This document shows, one piece after another, positions 9,925-19,208 of a stretch of 64,000 nt of DNA. Source of the DNA: Clostridia bacterium (lineage in GTDB: Bacteria; Bacillota; Clostridia; JAAYHZ01); contig JBMNIH010000004.1 in the NCBI GenBank assembly GCA_050950825.1, forward strand, positions 448,001-512,000, written 5' to 3'. The notes beneath the pieces were generated by a model, which saw only the letters and a program-made list of their open reading frames with translations, did no database searches and had not been told where the DNA came from. The translations under genes were made by a program, and so were the position numbers. How positions within the stretch are numbered: the first letter of the stretch is position 1; every line of letters starts with the position of its first letter.

Positions 9925-12708
9925 GAGCTTCCCGCAAAGAGGCAGTTTTATGAATGGATGGGAGTGAGCGAAAACGATTTTTCCGACCTTATCGTAAAGG
10001 GCACCTATGAAAACGGCAAGGTGGTCAACCCCATGCCGCTTACGGCAAGCAATTTTACAATCGACAGGCGCCCCGGGGAAGACCGCAAGGTTACCATAGC
10101 GGTGGACAATGAAAAGGTTTCGTTCACGATTGATATAGAACCTCGAAAGGTGGTAGCACTGGAACTCCTTTCACCGCCTGATGTAATCAATTATTATGTG
10201 GGAGAATCCTTCAACAAAATAGGCATGGCAGTAAGATACCGTTTCAACTCAGGGGAAACGGTAGATATGATGGACCTCTACCTGGATGACAGCTGTTTTA
10301 GCGGCTTTGACAGCAGGACGCCGGTAATGTGCCAGATAGTTACCTACAGGGTGGATGACGCATCCGTAAGCTTTACTGTCAATGTCCAGGAGTATAAGCT
10401 GATGGGCTTGAGGATCGACAGATTACCCTACAGGGAATGGTTTTACCAGTATGAAGAGCTCAGTTTGGAGGGTATGAAGATTACCGGCCTCATGCCCTAT
10501 GGCGAGGAAAGAGATATGGAGTATGTCCTTTGGGAAATTTCCGGCTTTGACAGCCGCAAGCCGGTACAGGACCAGGAGGTGACCATTCGGATAGAGGACC
10601 GGACCGTCTCCTTCACAGTGGATATTCTGCCCCCGGTGGAAGTCAAAAGCCTGACGTTCAGGGATACGATTAAAGAAGAGTATCTGCTGGGCGAGTCTTT
10701 GGATATGATGTATCATGACTTGGGCGCCACATATACCGGATATGCTTACAACCCTGTCACTAATAATGTGGAACTGAGGGAATTTGGCGTCAATATTTGG
10801 CCTACGGCGGAAGAAATCAGCGGCTTTGACAGCAGCCAGCCTCAAGACAACCAGGTATTGTCCTTTACCTTCGGAGGATTGACAGCGACCCAAACAATAG
10901 ATATCGTGGAGCCGGAGCTTTTAAGCCTCCGTGTCATACCCTCCAAGCCCACCTATTATACGGGGGATGTGCTGAAACCCGAGGAGCTGACGGTACTTTG
11001 TACCTATGAAAACGGATATATACGCACCATGCCGGCCGGTTCCTATCTCATCAGCGGATTTGACAGCACAAAGCCTGTTCAGGATCAGAGGGTTACGGTA
11101 TCTTACAAGGGTCAATCGGATTCCTTCTTCATACAGGTACTGCCCCTTGAGTTGAAGAGCATCAGCGTCAATCCGGGGCTGACGAATTATTACCTTGGGG
11201 AACAGTTTAATCGATCGATGCTGAGGGTAAGCGCCCACTACAACAGTGGTGCAATAAAAGCAGTGTCTCCCGAACTGGTGCAAATCAGCGGCTTTGACAG
11301 CAGCAGGGAAGCGACGGGGCAGGAGGTTGTCGTAAGCTATCAGGGCAAGCAGGACAGTTTCCTGGTGAATATTTTAAGCGGTACTCGCCCTGACGAGCCC
11401 GGGGAAGAGCCCGGCAACGATCCTGGAGAAGAACCCGGTGGAGAGCCCGGCGAAGAACCCGGTGACAAACCTGGCGATGAAACGGGTGATGAACCTGGTG
11501 ACGCCGAGGACACAACAACTACAACGCCTTCCGGTAGTGAAAACACCCTGTCCGTCACGCCCAGCCTGGATAAAGACACCGGAAAGGCAATCGCAGCGGT
11601 TGAAGAGACGAAACTTCAGGAAGCTTTCGACAAGCTGGATGAAGATGAAGAGGGTGTCAGGAAGATATCTATAGAAATATCCACGGTGGAAGAGGCAAAG
11701 GCTTATGTGGCGGAACTGCCATCCGGCTTCTTAACCGAAAAGGGAGCGGAAATACAGCTGGAGATAAAGACCGGTGTAGGAACGGTTACTGTTCCGGGCA
11801 ACATGCTGGCCAATATTCCGGAGACTTTTGGGAAAACAGCCGGTATCACCATCGGCCGGGGCGACAAGTCAGCCTTACCGGAGGAAGTACAGGAAGCTAT
11901 TGGCGACAGGCCTATTATCCGGCTCGCCCTGACCCTGGATGGAGAGCAAGTCAACTGGAACAACCCGGGCGCGCCGGTGACGGTGAGTATTCCTTATACA
12001 CCGACGGAGGAAGAACTTAAGAACCCCGAAAGCATTGTCATCCGGTACATTGACGGCAGCGGCAATGTAATTTCGGTGCCCAACGGGCGCTACGACCCCG
12101 AATCCGGAACCGTCACCTTCACCACCACTCATTTCAGCTATTACGCCGTAAGCTTCAAGCCGGTCAGCTTTAAGGACGTGCCGGGGGATGCGTGGTATGC
12201 GAAGGCGGTTTCCTTCATCGCTGCAAGGGAGATTACCCTCGGCACGGGAGGCGGCAATTTCAGCCCGGAAGATAAGCTCACCAGGGGACAATTCATCGTC
12301 ATGATGATGAGAGCCTATGGTATAGCCCCCGATGAAGACCCTAAGGACAACTTCAAAGATGCGGGCAACACCTGGTATACCGGGTATCTGGCTGCGGCCA
12401 AGAGGCTTGGCATATCGGCGGGCGTGGGCAACAACTTATTCGCACCGGAAAATGCCATCACCCGCCAGGAGATGTTTACCCTTTTATACAACGGGTTGAA
12501 AGTCATAGAGAAGCTACCGCGGGGCAATTCCGGTAAAACCCTTTCCGACTTCAGCGATGCCGATGAGATTGCTCCCTGGGCGATGGATGCCATGAAGCTC
12601 CTGGTGGAAACCGGCATGGTGAGTGGCAGCGGAAACAAGCTTTCACCGAAGGATACCACGACCAGGGCGCAGATGGCTCAGGTATTTTACAACCTGCTTT
12701 CAAGATAA
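9925..12708 (+). CDS. Cell-surface protein with tandem bacterial Ig-like (Big_3-type) repeats, PGEE linker and three SLH domains; 5'-truncated by the IS
   Basis: Five SGFDS repeats; SLH motifs FKDV..WY..FSP...TRGQF, TRQEM and TRAQMA; frame open back to the IS end; no signal peptide left. Confidence 0.85.
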   Translation, partial: ELPAKRQFYEWMGVSENDFSDLIVKGTYENGKVVNPMPLTASNFTIDRRPGEDRKVTIAVDNEKVSFTIDIEPRKVVALELLSPPDVINYYVGESFNKIGMAVRYRFNSGETVDMMDLYLDDSCFSGFDSRTPVMCQIVTYRVDDASVSFTVNVQEYKLMGLRIDRLPYREWFYQYEELSLEGMKITGLMPYGEERDMEYVLWEISGFDSRKPVQDQEVTIRIEDRTVSFTVDILPPVEVKSLTFRDTIKEEYLLGESLDMMYHDLGATYTGYAYNPVTNNVELREFGVNIWPTAEEISGFDSSQPQDNQVLSFTFGGLTATQTIDIVEPELLSLRVIPSKPTYYTGDVLKPEELTVLCTYENGYIRTMPAGSYLISGFDSTKPVQDQRVTVSYKGQSDSFFIQVLPLELKSISVNPGLTNYYLGEQFNRSMLRVSAHYNSGAIKAVSPELVQISGFDSSREATGQEVVVSYQGKQDSFLVNILSGTRPDEPGEEPGNDPGEEPGGEPGEEPGDKPGDETGDEPGDAEDTTTTTPSGSENTLSVTPSLDKDTGKAIAAVEETKLQEAFDKLDEDEEGVRKISIEISTVEEAKAYVAELPSGFLTEKGAEIQLEIKTGVGTVTVPGNMLANIPETFGKTAGITIGRGDKSALPEEVQEAIGDRPIIRLALTLDGEQVNWNNPGAPVTVSIPYTPTEEELKNPESIVIRYIDGSGNVISVPNGRYDPESGTVTFTTTHFSYYAVSFKPVSFKDVPGDAWYAKAVSFIAAREITLGTGGGNFSPEDKLTRGQFIVMMMRAYGIAPDEDPKDNFKDAGNTWYTGYLAAAKRLGISAGVGNNLFAPENAITRQEMFTLLYNGLKVIEKLPRGNSGKTLSDFSDADEIAPWAMDAMKLLVETGMVSGSGNKLSPKDTTTRAQMAQVFYNLLSR
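11388..11508 (+). repeat. Degenerate 12-nt coding tandem repeat (P-G-E/D-E linker)
   Basis: Translation PDEPGEEPGNDPGEEPGGEPGEEPGDKPGDETGDEPGD. Confidence 0.8.
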
Positions 12709-12726
12709 ACAGGTCTTTATCCACAT

Positions 12727-12760
12727 GAAACAGCGTCAACGAATCCGTTGACGCTGTTTC
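12727..12760. terminator. Bidirectional hairpin terminator
   Basis: gaaacagcgtcaacg-aatc-cgttgacgctgtttc, a 15-bp perfect stem. Confidence 0.8.
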
Positions 12761-12770
12761 AATGAAATTT

Positions 12771-12872
12771 TCATTGTATATCGATTCTTCTCCCTTTAGT
12801 TTTTTTGGGTTCTACTTTGGGAACGGTTATGGACAGAATACCGTCTTTATATTCCGCTTTTGCCTGTTCAGA
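12771..12872 (-). pseudogene. Hsp20/alpha-crystallin C-terminal fragment
   Basis: Manual translation SEQAKAEYKDGILSITVPKVEPKKTKGRRIDIQ* shows the AxYxDGIL and IxI motifs. Confidence 0.75.
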
Positions 12873-12878
12873 CTATAG

Positions 12879-13121
12879 GCTCCTTCCAATAAACCTTTTA
12901 AGGACAGGAAAATAGAATTAACCTTCCACCGGTACACATTACTAACAGTTGTGATTTTATCTATAACTGCTATTGCCTTGGGGTCTAATAGCTTGCCTGC
13001 CCGGGTTATATCACTTGCACTGCTTTGGCAAGCTTTTACATTGACACCTGTGGGACATAGATTTATTGGCTTATGCGATTTCCTGCTTACTTTAAATAAG
13101 AAGAGAGGCGAATTAGATTGA
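12879..13121 (+). pseudogene. AgrB-like (accessory gene regulator B) C-terminal fragment
   Basis: Manual translation APSNKPF...hydrophobic...LLWQAFTLTPVGHRFIGLCDFLL resembles clostridial AgrB C-termini; no start codon. Confidence 0.55.
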
Positions 13122-13389
13122 TCCGGATTATATAACCAATAGGCACCGTAATCTGCTAAAAAAAGCCGGGTTACCCCCTATCAGATTCCACGACCTGAGA
13201 CATTCCTGCGTAGGTTTGATAATGGCAAATGAAGTACCTATGGAGCGTATCAGAGATTGGGTTGGTCATAGCGACATCCGGACAACGGTTAACATCTATG
13301 GGCATCCGGAATACCAATCAAAGAAAATGACAGCAAAGATTATCGAAAAGTCTTTACCTCTTAAAAAGGTAGGAGCTGCTAATCTTTAG
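13117..13389 (+). pseudogene. Tyrosine integrase C-terminal fragment
   Basis: Manual translation PDYITNRHRNLLKKAGLPPIRFHDLRHS...VGHSDIRTTVNIYGH; adjacent to the tRNA 3' end. Confidence 0.88.
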
Positions 13390-13408
13390 AATTAACAGCT
13401 CCATGATA

Positions 13409-13496
13409 TGGCGGAGGGTTAGGGATTTGAACCCTAGATACCTTGCGGTACACTGGTTTTCGAGACCAGCTCCTTCAGCCTCTCGGACAACCCTCC
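13409..13496 (-). tRNA. tRNA-Ser(CGA)
   Basis: GGAGGGT/ACCCTCC acceptor stem, ctggt-ctCGAaa-accag anticodon arm, long variable arm, TTCAAAT T loop, encoded CCA. Confidence 0.95.
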
Positions 13497-13668
13497 AAGT
13501 TAAATTATACTCTTCCTTATTCTATTCATGCGACTTGGTCGCTTGTATATTGTACTAGAAAGAAAGCGGCTTGTAAAGCGGAAAAATGAAGAATAAATCT
13601 AAAACTCTTCGTGTATTTTCCGCTTATCGTTCGTCAATCCTTTCCTTCCTCGCTCGTAATACCCGTCG

Positions 13669-14766
13669 TTACTTTTTCGATACATATTCATTCCCTCGAA
13701 TATAAAAACGCCAAGGATAGTCCGCCGCCTCTTCCGCATAATCGATATTGATTCTTTTCGTGGTAACAATGTCCGGGGGCTTGAATTTATGGGGACGAGC
13801 AATGTAAATCTCGTCTTTCGTAAGATCCGTCCCGTTGTGTTCCTTCGTAAGCCCCAAAGCCATACACAATTTTCCGGGACCGTTGGTCAAACCGATCCTT
13901 TTTTTCTTGTCCAGTTTTTCGTAAGGCTCGCCGTAGCGGAGCAAGGACATGGTATTCAACCCCTCAACGGGTTCTACCGCACGTATCAACACGGCGGAAG
14001 GGATTCCTTCCGGACGAGTGACAATATTCAAGCAATAATACATCCCGTAAATGAGGTAAATGTAAGCACGGCCGGGAGGTCCGTACATGACCTCGGTACG
14101 GGGTGTACGCGTATCGTTGTACGTGTGGGAGCCCTTGTCCTCAATTCCGCAGTACGCCTCCGTTTCTACAATCCTTACCGTGAGACGCTCTCCGTTGTAA
14201 TTTCGAATAATGTAAGCACCTAGAAGCGCTTTTGAAAGGTGAACCGTATCGTTGTCAAAGTACAGCTCTGAAAGCTTATACACATTCGTACCGTCGCTTA
14301 AAGAAAATTTCGTTCGGACTTCTTGAAAGAACCCGGTTAAAAGCTTTCGTGATTCTTCTTCCAAAAGAGGAAAGAAGTATTGCGTTTTTCGGTTCCCGAA
14401 ATGCCGGTCCAGTAAATCCGCTTTCGTCGTAACGGCACCGGCGGTTTCGTCCGGAGCACCGAAATAAAGCTTTCCTATACGGGACTGCATGATGGCGCCG
14501 GCACACATGGGGCAAGGCTCCAATGTGACATACATCTCGCATTCATGCAAAGATCGATAGCCTAAAGCGGCGCAAGCCGCTTCAATGGCATTGATCTCTG
14601 CATGACGCACCGGATTGCCGGATTGCTCCGTTGTGTTATGGGCTCTTGCAATAATGGTGTCGTTACGGACAATAACTGCTCCTACCGGAATTTCGCCAAT
14701 GCTGTATGCTTTTTTGGCTTCCAATAGCGCTTCCGCCATATATTTTATTTCTTTGGTCATGATCAC
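13669..14766 (-). CDS. tadA: Fusion of TadA-like tRNA adenosine deaminase and AAG/MPG-type 3-methyladenine/hypoxanthine DNA glycosylase
   Basis: N-half: EIPVGAV, HAE, TLEPCPMC, FF. C-half: IVETEAY, GSH, YIYLIYGMYYCLN, VLIRA, GPGKLC, PWRFY. One uninterrupted frame. Confidence 0.88.
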   Translation of the reverse strand: MIMTKEIKYMAEALLEAKKAYSIGEIPVGAVIVRNDTIIARAHNTTEQSGNPVRHAEINAIEAACAALGYRSLHECEMYVTLEPCPMCAGAIMQSRIGKLYFGAPDETAGAVTTKADLLDRHFGNRKTQYFFPLLEEESRKLLTGFFQEVRTKFSLSDGTNVYKLSELYFDNDTVHLSKALLGAYIIRNYNGERLTVRIVETEAYCGIEDKGSHTYNDTRTPRTEVMYGPPGRAYIYLIYGMYYCLNIVTRPEGIPSAVLIRAVEPVEGLNTMSLLRYGEPYEKLDKKKRIGLTNGPGKLCMALGLTKEHNGTDLTKDEIYIARPHKFKPPDIVTTKRINIDYAEEAADYPWRFYIRGNEYVSKK

Positions 14767-14799
14767 ACGAATGTCGTTCCTTCTATCCTCACGGAATTT

Positions 14800-15786
14800 T
14801 TATCGTAAACTCGGTATGTATTTTTTCTCTCCGTCTTTTGCCGATTCGGCGGCCAAAAGCGTGGCAATAGCCGACATTCCGCCGTCCCAAGCGGGAACGG
14901 CACATTCGATTCCCTTCGTAATACAGTCTAAGAAATGGTCGACCTCCGGCCCGTAGGGATGAGAAGGTATAAACAGCTCGCTCGGCAAATCGATCCACAT
15001 GCTGCCTAAAGCATCGATGCAGATTTTTCTTTGCACCAAGGAAGCCTTTGTTCCGTAAATTTTCAGGTTATACATATCCGGACAAGGTCCGGGAGACCCG
15101 TAAAGGCAGGTCACTTTTCCTATGGCTCCGCTTTTGAATTTGTAGGTGGCGACGATGGATGTTTCTTCACGCATTTCCTTGTATGTGATGTGGTTGGAAA
15201 TGGCATTGACCTCCGTAACTTCTCCCGCATACCATCTCATAAGATCCAAAGGATGGCAGCCGCCGCCTACCATGGGAATTTCGTCGGTAACCTTCCACTT
15301 TTCCATAAAGTATTGGTATCTTAAGTCGTGAATATAGTCGGCTTCCAAATATGCGATTTCACCGAAGAACCCGGAGTCCACCAACCGTTTAATGGCGGCG
15401 TATTGTCTGACAAATCGCAAGACTTGCCCTACTTGGCTGACGAGATTCGGATGCTTTTCCGCTTCCTGAACCATCTCCAAAACGTCTTCGATCCTGTTGG
15501 CCATGGGTTTTTCCACGAAAACATGCTTGCCTTTCTTCAAAGATAAAAGAAACGGTTCTTTGTGGGCCGAATCCCCCGTGTGAATCGATACGGCATCCAG
15601 CTCCGGTATATCCAAAACGGAATAATCCGTGTAAACGGCCGCATGGAATTTTTCACCGGCGTATTTCGCTCTTTCTTGGTCAATATCGCATACGGCAATC
15701 AGTCGGCTTTTCGGATTTTTAGCATACTCCTCGCAAAAAGCCAAACCGTTATGCCCCAATCCGATTACGGCAACATTAACAGTCAT
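14800..15786 (-). CDS. Gfo/Idh/MocA-family oxidoreductase
   Basis: VIGLGHNG Rossmann motif, GKHVFVEKPM and GGGCHPLD motifs. Confidence 0.92.
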   Translation of the reverse strand: MTVNVAVIGLGHNGLAFCEEYAKNPKSRLIAVCDIDQERAKYAGEKFHAAVYTDYSVLDIPELDAVSIHTGDSAHKEPFLLSLKKGKHVFVEKPMANRIEDVLEMVQEAEKHPNLVSQVGQVLRFVRQYAAIKRLVDSGFFGEIAYLEADYIHDLRYQYFMEKWKVTDEIPMVGGGCHPLDLMRWYAGEVTEVNAISNHITYKEMREETSIVATYKFKSGAIGKVTCLYGSPGPCPDMYNLKIYGTKASLVQRKICIDALGSMWIDLPSELFIPSHPYGPEVDHFLDCITKGIECAVPAWDGGMSAIATLLAAESAKDGEKKYIPSLR

Positions 15787-15820
15787 ATTTCACCTCATCA
15801 TACTATTTCATTTTCTTTTT

Positions 15821-16852
15821 TTAATAAGCTCCGAAATCCCGGCCCGCTTTGACCATGGCCTTAATATTCTCTTCGGGTACATCTCTCGGTATCATTTCAC
15901 CGGAATTGTAAATATATCCGCCTCCCGGTTTCCCCTTCAGCATGACTTGCTTGGCGTCTTCGTATACTTCTTCCGCCGTTTTTTCCAGCAACGTTTCAAT
16001 GGGGTTCACGTTACCGATAATGCAGACTTGATCCCCGATGGCAGCCTTTACTTCGCCGATATCCACTCCCGGTCCTGCGCTGACGGCGCTGACACCGGTT
16101 TTAGCCATGGCCTTCAAATGGGGTATGGAGTGCTCGCTTGCGTGGTAGAAGGACCAACCACCTGCGGATTTGAAATTCTCTGCGCAGACTTTAACGCCTT
16201 CGAATGCAAATTCCATAAAGGTATCAACGCTGATTAAATGTCCGGATGCATTGCAGTCTCCTACCCATAATGCATCGGCTCCGGCCTTAATTTGTTCGAT
16301 ACCCCAAAGGGTTTGCATTTCGGTAAAGAACTTCACCGTATCCTTCACCAGCTGAGGATTATCGTATATTCCCAAATAAGTAGGCATCATTCCATACAAC
16401 AGCGTTACGGATGACAAGGGGGCGGCCACTCTTCCGGTGACGCAAACGGTATCTCCGAACTCGTCTTTTATTCTCTTAATGGCGTCAAGCAATACCGGCA
16501 TACGGCCTTCCTTTTTGAAATCGGGAATTCTTAAATTATGATACGTTTCATAAGAAAAAGGAAGATAATCGCATGTTGCCGGCAAAATGTTTCCGCCGCC
16601 TTTTACGCCTACACCCAAGACCTCGAACTCGATGCAGTCGTCCACTTGAAGCCATGCCCAATCGTAATCGTACTTTTTAATGGCATTGATTTGGCTTTCC
16701 GCCATCAGCTTCGAGTTGCTGTTGTAGTCACAGTACATGATACCCGACATACGAACGTCAAATTCTTCGCTTAACGCAAAAACGGGAACTCTGCTCGGGA
16801 CCTCGAGTCGAATGCATTTTTCAATATCTTTTATCAAACCTTTATAAGCCAT
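15821..16852 (-). CDS. Uroporphyrinogen decarboxylase / MtaA-CmuA methyltransferase-fold protein
   Basis: P..EGRMP..LDAI, GRVAAP, IIGNVNP and GGGYIYNSGE.IPRDVPEENIKAMV motifs. Confidence 0.85.
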   Translation of the reverse strand: MAYKGLIKDIEKCIRLEVPSRVPVFALSEEFDVRMSGIMYCDYNSNSKLMAESQINAIKKYDYDWAWLQVDDCIEFEVLGVGVKGGGNILPATCDYLPFSYETYHNLRIPDFKKEGRMPVLLDAIKRIKDEFGDTVCVTGRVAAPLSSVTLLYGMMPTYLGIYDNPQLVKDTVKFFTEMQTLWGIEQIKAGADALWVGDCNASGHLISVDTFMEFAFEGVKVCAENFKSAGGWSFYHASEHSIPHLKAMAKTGVSAVSAGPGVDIGEVKAAIGDQVCIIGNVNPIETLLEKTAEEVYEDAKQVMLKGKPGGGYIYNSGEMIPRDVPEENIKAMVKAGRDFGAY

Positions 16853-17027
16853 TCGGATATTCCTCCTTACACTTTTACAGCATTATAGCATATATTTGCT
16901 TTTCCTTAAAATCGTTTCTCGTAATTTCATGTTAATTATGAATTCTTACGGTTGTTTTCACAATTGAAGTTAGTATATGGTATAATATACATAAATCAAA
17001 ATCCCAAACGAAAAGAGACTAACCCGC

Positions 17028-19190
17028 ATGGATATTATTTTGACATTAAGCAACGAGCTGAACATTAAGAAAGAGCAAGTTATTCAAACGGTTAAGCTGA
17101 TTGACCAAGGGAATACGGTGCCCTTTATCGCACGTTACAGGAAAGAGGTCACCGGGGGTCTGGACGATGTAGTGTTGAGGAAGTTGTTTGACCGACTGTC
17201 CTATCTGAGGAGTCTGGAAGAGCGGCGGGAAACGGTGAAGCGGTTAATCACGGAGCAGGGCAAGATGACCGCCGAAATTTCGGAGAAGCTGGACAAGGCG
17301 ACGATGCTTCGAGATATCGAAGACATATACCGTCCTTTTAAACCGAAAAAGAAGACTCGCGCTACCGAGGCCAAACGCAAAGGGTTGGAACCGTTAGCGG
17401 ATATCCTTTTGAAAAAGGATTTTTCGGGAAGAAGCTTCGAAGAAATCGCCCGGGATTATGTGGATCCGGAAAAAGAAGTGGCAAGCACGGAAGAAGCCAT
17501 ACAAGGTGCTTTGGACATTATAGCCGAAAACTTTTCCGACTCGCCATCCATTCGCAAATACATTCGTACAAGAATGATCAACACCGCCGTTATCAAATGT
17601 ACGAAAAAGAAGGACGAAGATTCGGTTTACGCCATGTACTACGATTACGAGGAACCGGTGAAAACCATCGCCAACCATCGCGTACTGGCGATTAACAGAG
17701 GAGAGAAGGAAGGCTACTTAACTGTAGATATTGAAGCCGACGACTCTCGTATCCTCAGCGGTCTTAAATTAAGACTCTTGTCCGGAGAAGAGGGCGAATG
17801 GAGCGAATACATGGAAAGAGCCCTTACGGATGCCTATTATCGGCTGATTGTTCCGGCTTTGAAAAATGAGATTCGCACCGACCTGCTGAACAAAGCCCAA
17901 GATAAGGCTATGGAAGTGTTCTCGGCGAATCTGAAGAATTTGTTAATGCAGGCTCCGGTAAAGGGGAAGGTGATTATGGGAATCGACCCCGCCTATCGAA
18001 CGGGTTGTAAGATAGCCGTCATTGACAGTACCGGCAAAGTATTGGATACGGCGGTTATGTATCCTACGCCTCCTTTGAAAAAGACCGAAGAAGCGAAAAA
18101 AATAATGTCCGACCTGATAGAAAAACACCATCCGGATATGATCGCCATCGGAAACGGAACGGCTTCCGGAGAAACGGAGATATTTGTTTCGGAATATATT
18201 CGGGAAACGAACTCCGATTTGGTGTATGTCATTGTGAACGAAGCGGGAGCTTCCGTGTACTCGGCTTCCGAGTTGGGTACAAAAGAATTCCCCGATTTCG
18301 ATGTGGCTCTGCGCAGTGCCGTTTCCATTGCACGAAGATTGCAAGATCCTATGGCCGAGCTTGTAAAAATTCCGCCGGAATCCATCGGTGTCGGCCAATA
18401 CCAACATGATATGAACAAAACGAAGCTGGCCCAAACCTTAAAAGGCGTGGTAGAGGATTGCGTAAATCGGGTAGGGGTGGACTTGAATACGGCATCCGCT
18501 TCTTTGCTTTCGTATGTCGCCGGTATCAACAAAAACACGGCCGATAACATCGTGGAATACCGGGAGAAAAACGGACGGTTTACCGAACGCCGGCAGCTTT
18601 TGGACGTACCTCAATTCGGTGAAAAAACATTTGAACAGTGTGCAGGCTTTTTAAGAATATCCGACGGCGAAAACATATTCGATAATACCGGAATTCATCC
18701 GGAGTCTTACGAGGCGGCTAACAAGCTGATCCTGCGCTTGGGGTATACCTTGGACGATGTGAAGAATCACCATATGGAGGATATCGATAAAAAAGTAGAA
18801 GAGATCGGAATTGCCGCTTTAGCGAAGGAAATCAACTGCGGTGTTCCTACCTTAAAGGATATTATTGAGGAGCTGAAGAATCCCGGAAGAGATGTTCGTG
18901 AAGATTTCCCGAGGCCGGTATTCAAAAGAAGGGTCATGGACATCAAAGATTTGGTACCGGGACAAATCATGGAAGGAACCGTCCGCAACATTACGAATTT
19001 CGGTGTGTTTGTGGATATCGGTGTTCATCAAGACGGGTTGGTGCATATTTCCCAGATAAGCGACGCTTTTGTGAAAAATCCCATGAATGTATTGTCCGTC
19101 GGTGAAATTGTAAAGGTCAAAATTTTGGATGTGGACCATGATAAAAAGCGGATCAGTTTGACAATGAAGGATGTTCAACCTGAAGAATAG
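17028..19190 (+). CDS. tex: Tex-family RNA-binding transcriptional accessory protein
   Basis: GNTVPFIARYRKE, GIDPAYRTGCK, SIGVGQYQHD, HhH region and C-terminal S1 domain. Confidence 0.95.
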   Translation: MDIILTLSNELNIKKEQVIQTVKLIDQGNTVPFIARYRKEVTGGLDDVVLRKLFDRLSYLRSLEERRETVKRLITEQGKMTAEISEKLDKATMLRDIEDIYRPFKPKKKTRATEAKRKGLEPLADILLKKDFSGRSFEEIARDYVDPEKEVASTEEAIQGALDIIAENFSDSPSIRKYIRTRMINTAVIKCTKKKDEDSVYAMYYDYEEPVKTIANHRVLAINRGEKEGYLTVDIEADDSRILSGLKLRLLSGEEGEWSEYMERALTDAYYRLIVPALKNEIRTDLLNKAQDKAMEVFSANLKNLLMQAPVKGKVIMGIDPAYRTGCKIAVIDSTGKVLDTAVMYPTPPLKKTEEAKKIMSDLIEKHHPDMIAIGNGTASGETEIFVSEYIRETNSDLVYVIVNEAGASVYSASELGTKEFPDFDVALRSAVSIARRLQDPMAELVKIPPESIGVGQYQHDMNKTKLAQTLKGVVEDCVNRVGVDLNTASASLLSYVAGINKNTADNIVEYREKNGRFTERRQLLDVPQFGEKTFEQCAGFLRISDGENIFDNTGIHPESYEAANKLILRLGYTLDDVKNHHMEDIDKKVEEIGIAALAKEINCGVPTLKDIIEELKNPGRDVREDFPRPVFKRRVMDIKDLVPGQIMEGTVRNITNFGVFVDIGVHQDGLVHISQISDAFVKNPMNVLSVGEIVKVKILDVDHDKKRISLTMKDVQPEE

Positions 19191-19208
19191 ACGAAAGGAA
19201 TTTGGGGT

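Larger units (their letters stand above)
5297..13408. mobile_element. Decayed tRNA-Ser-associated genomic island
   Basis: Bounded by an intact tRNA-Ser(CGA) plus integrase relic on one side and a half tRNA-Ser(CGA) on the other; filled with IS elements and gene fragments. Confidence 0.6.

Noticed and set aside
10290-11510. Recurring agcggctttgacagc motif and 12-nt repeats as a possible CRISPR array
   Set aside because: These are coding repeats (SGFDS in Ig domains and the PGEE linker) with wrong spacing; no cas genes in the window.
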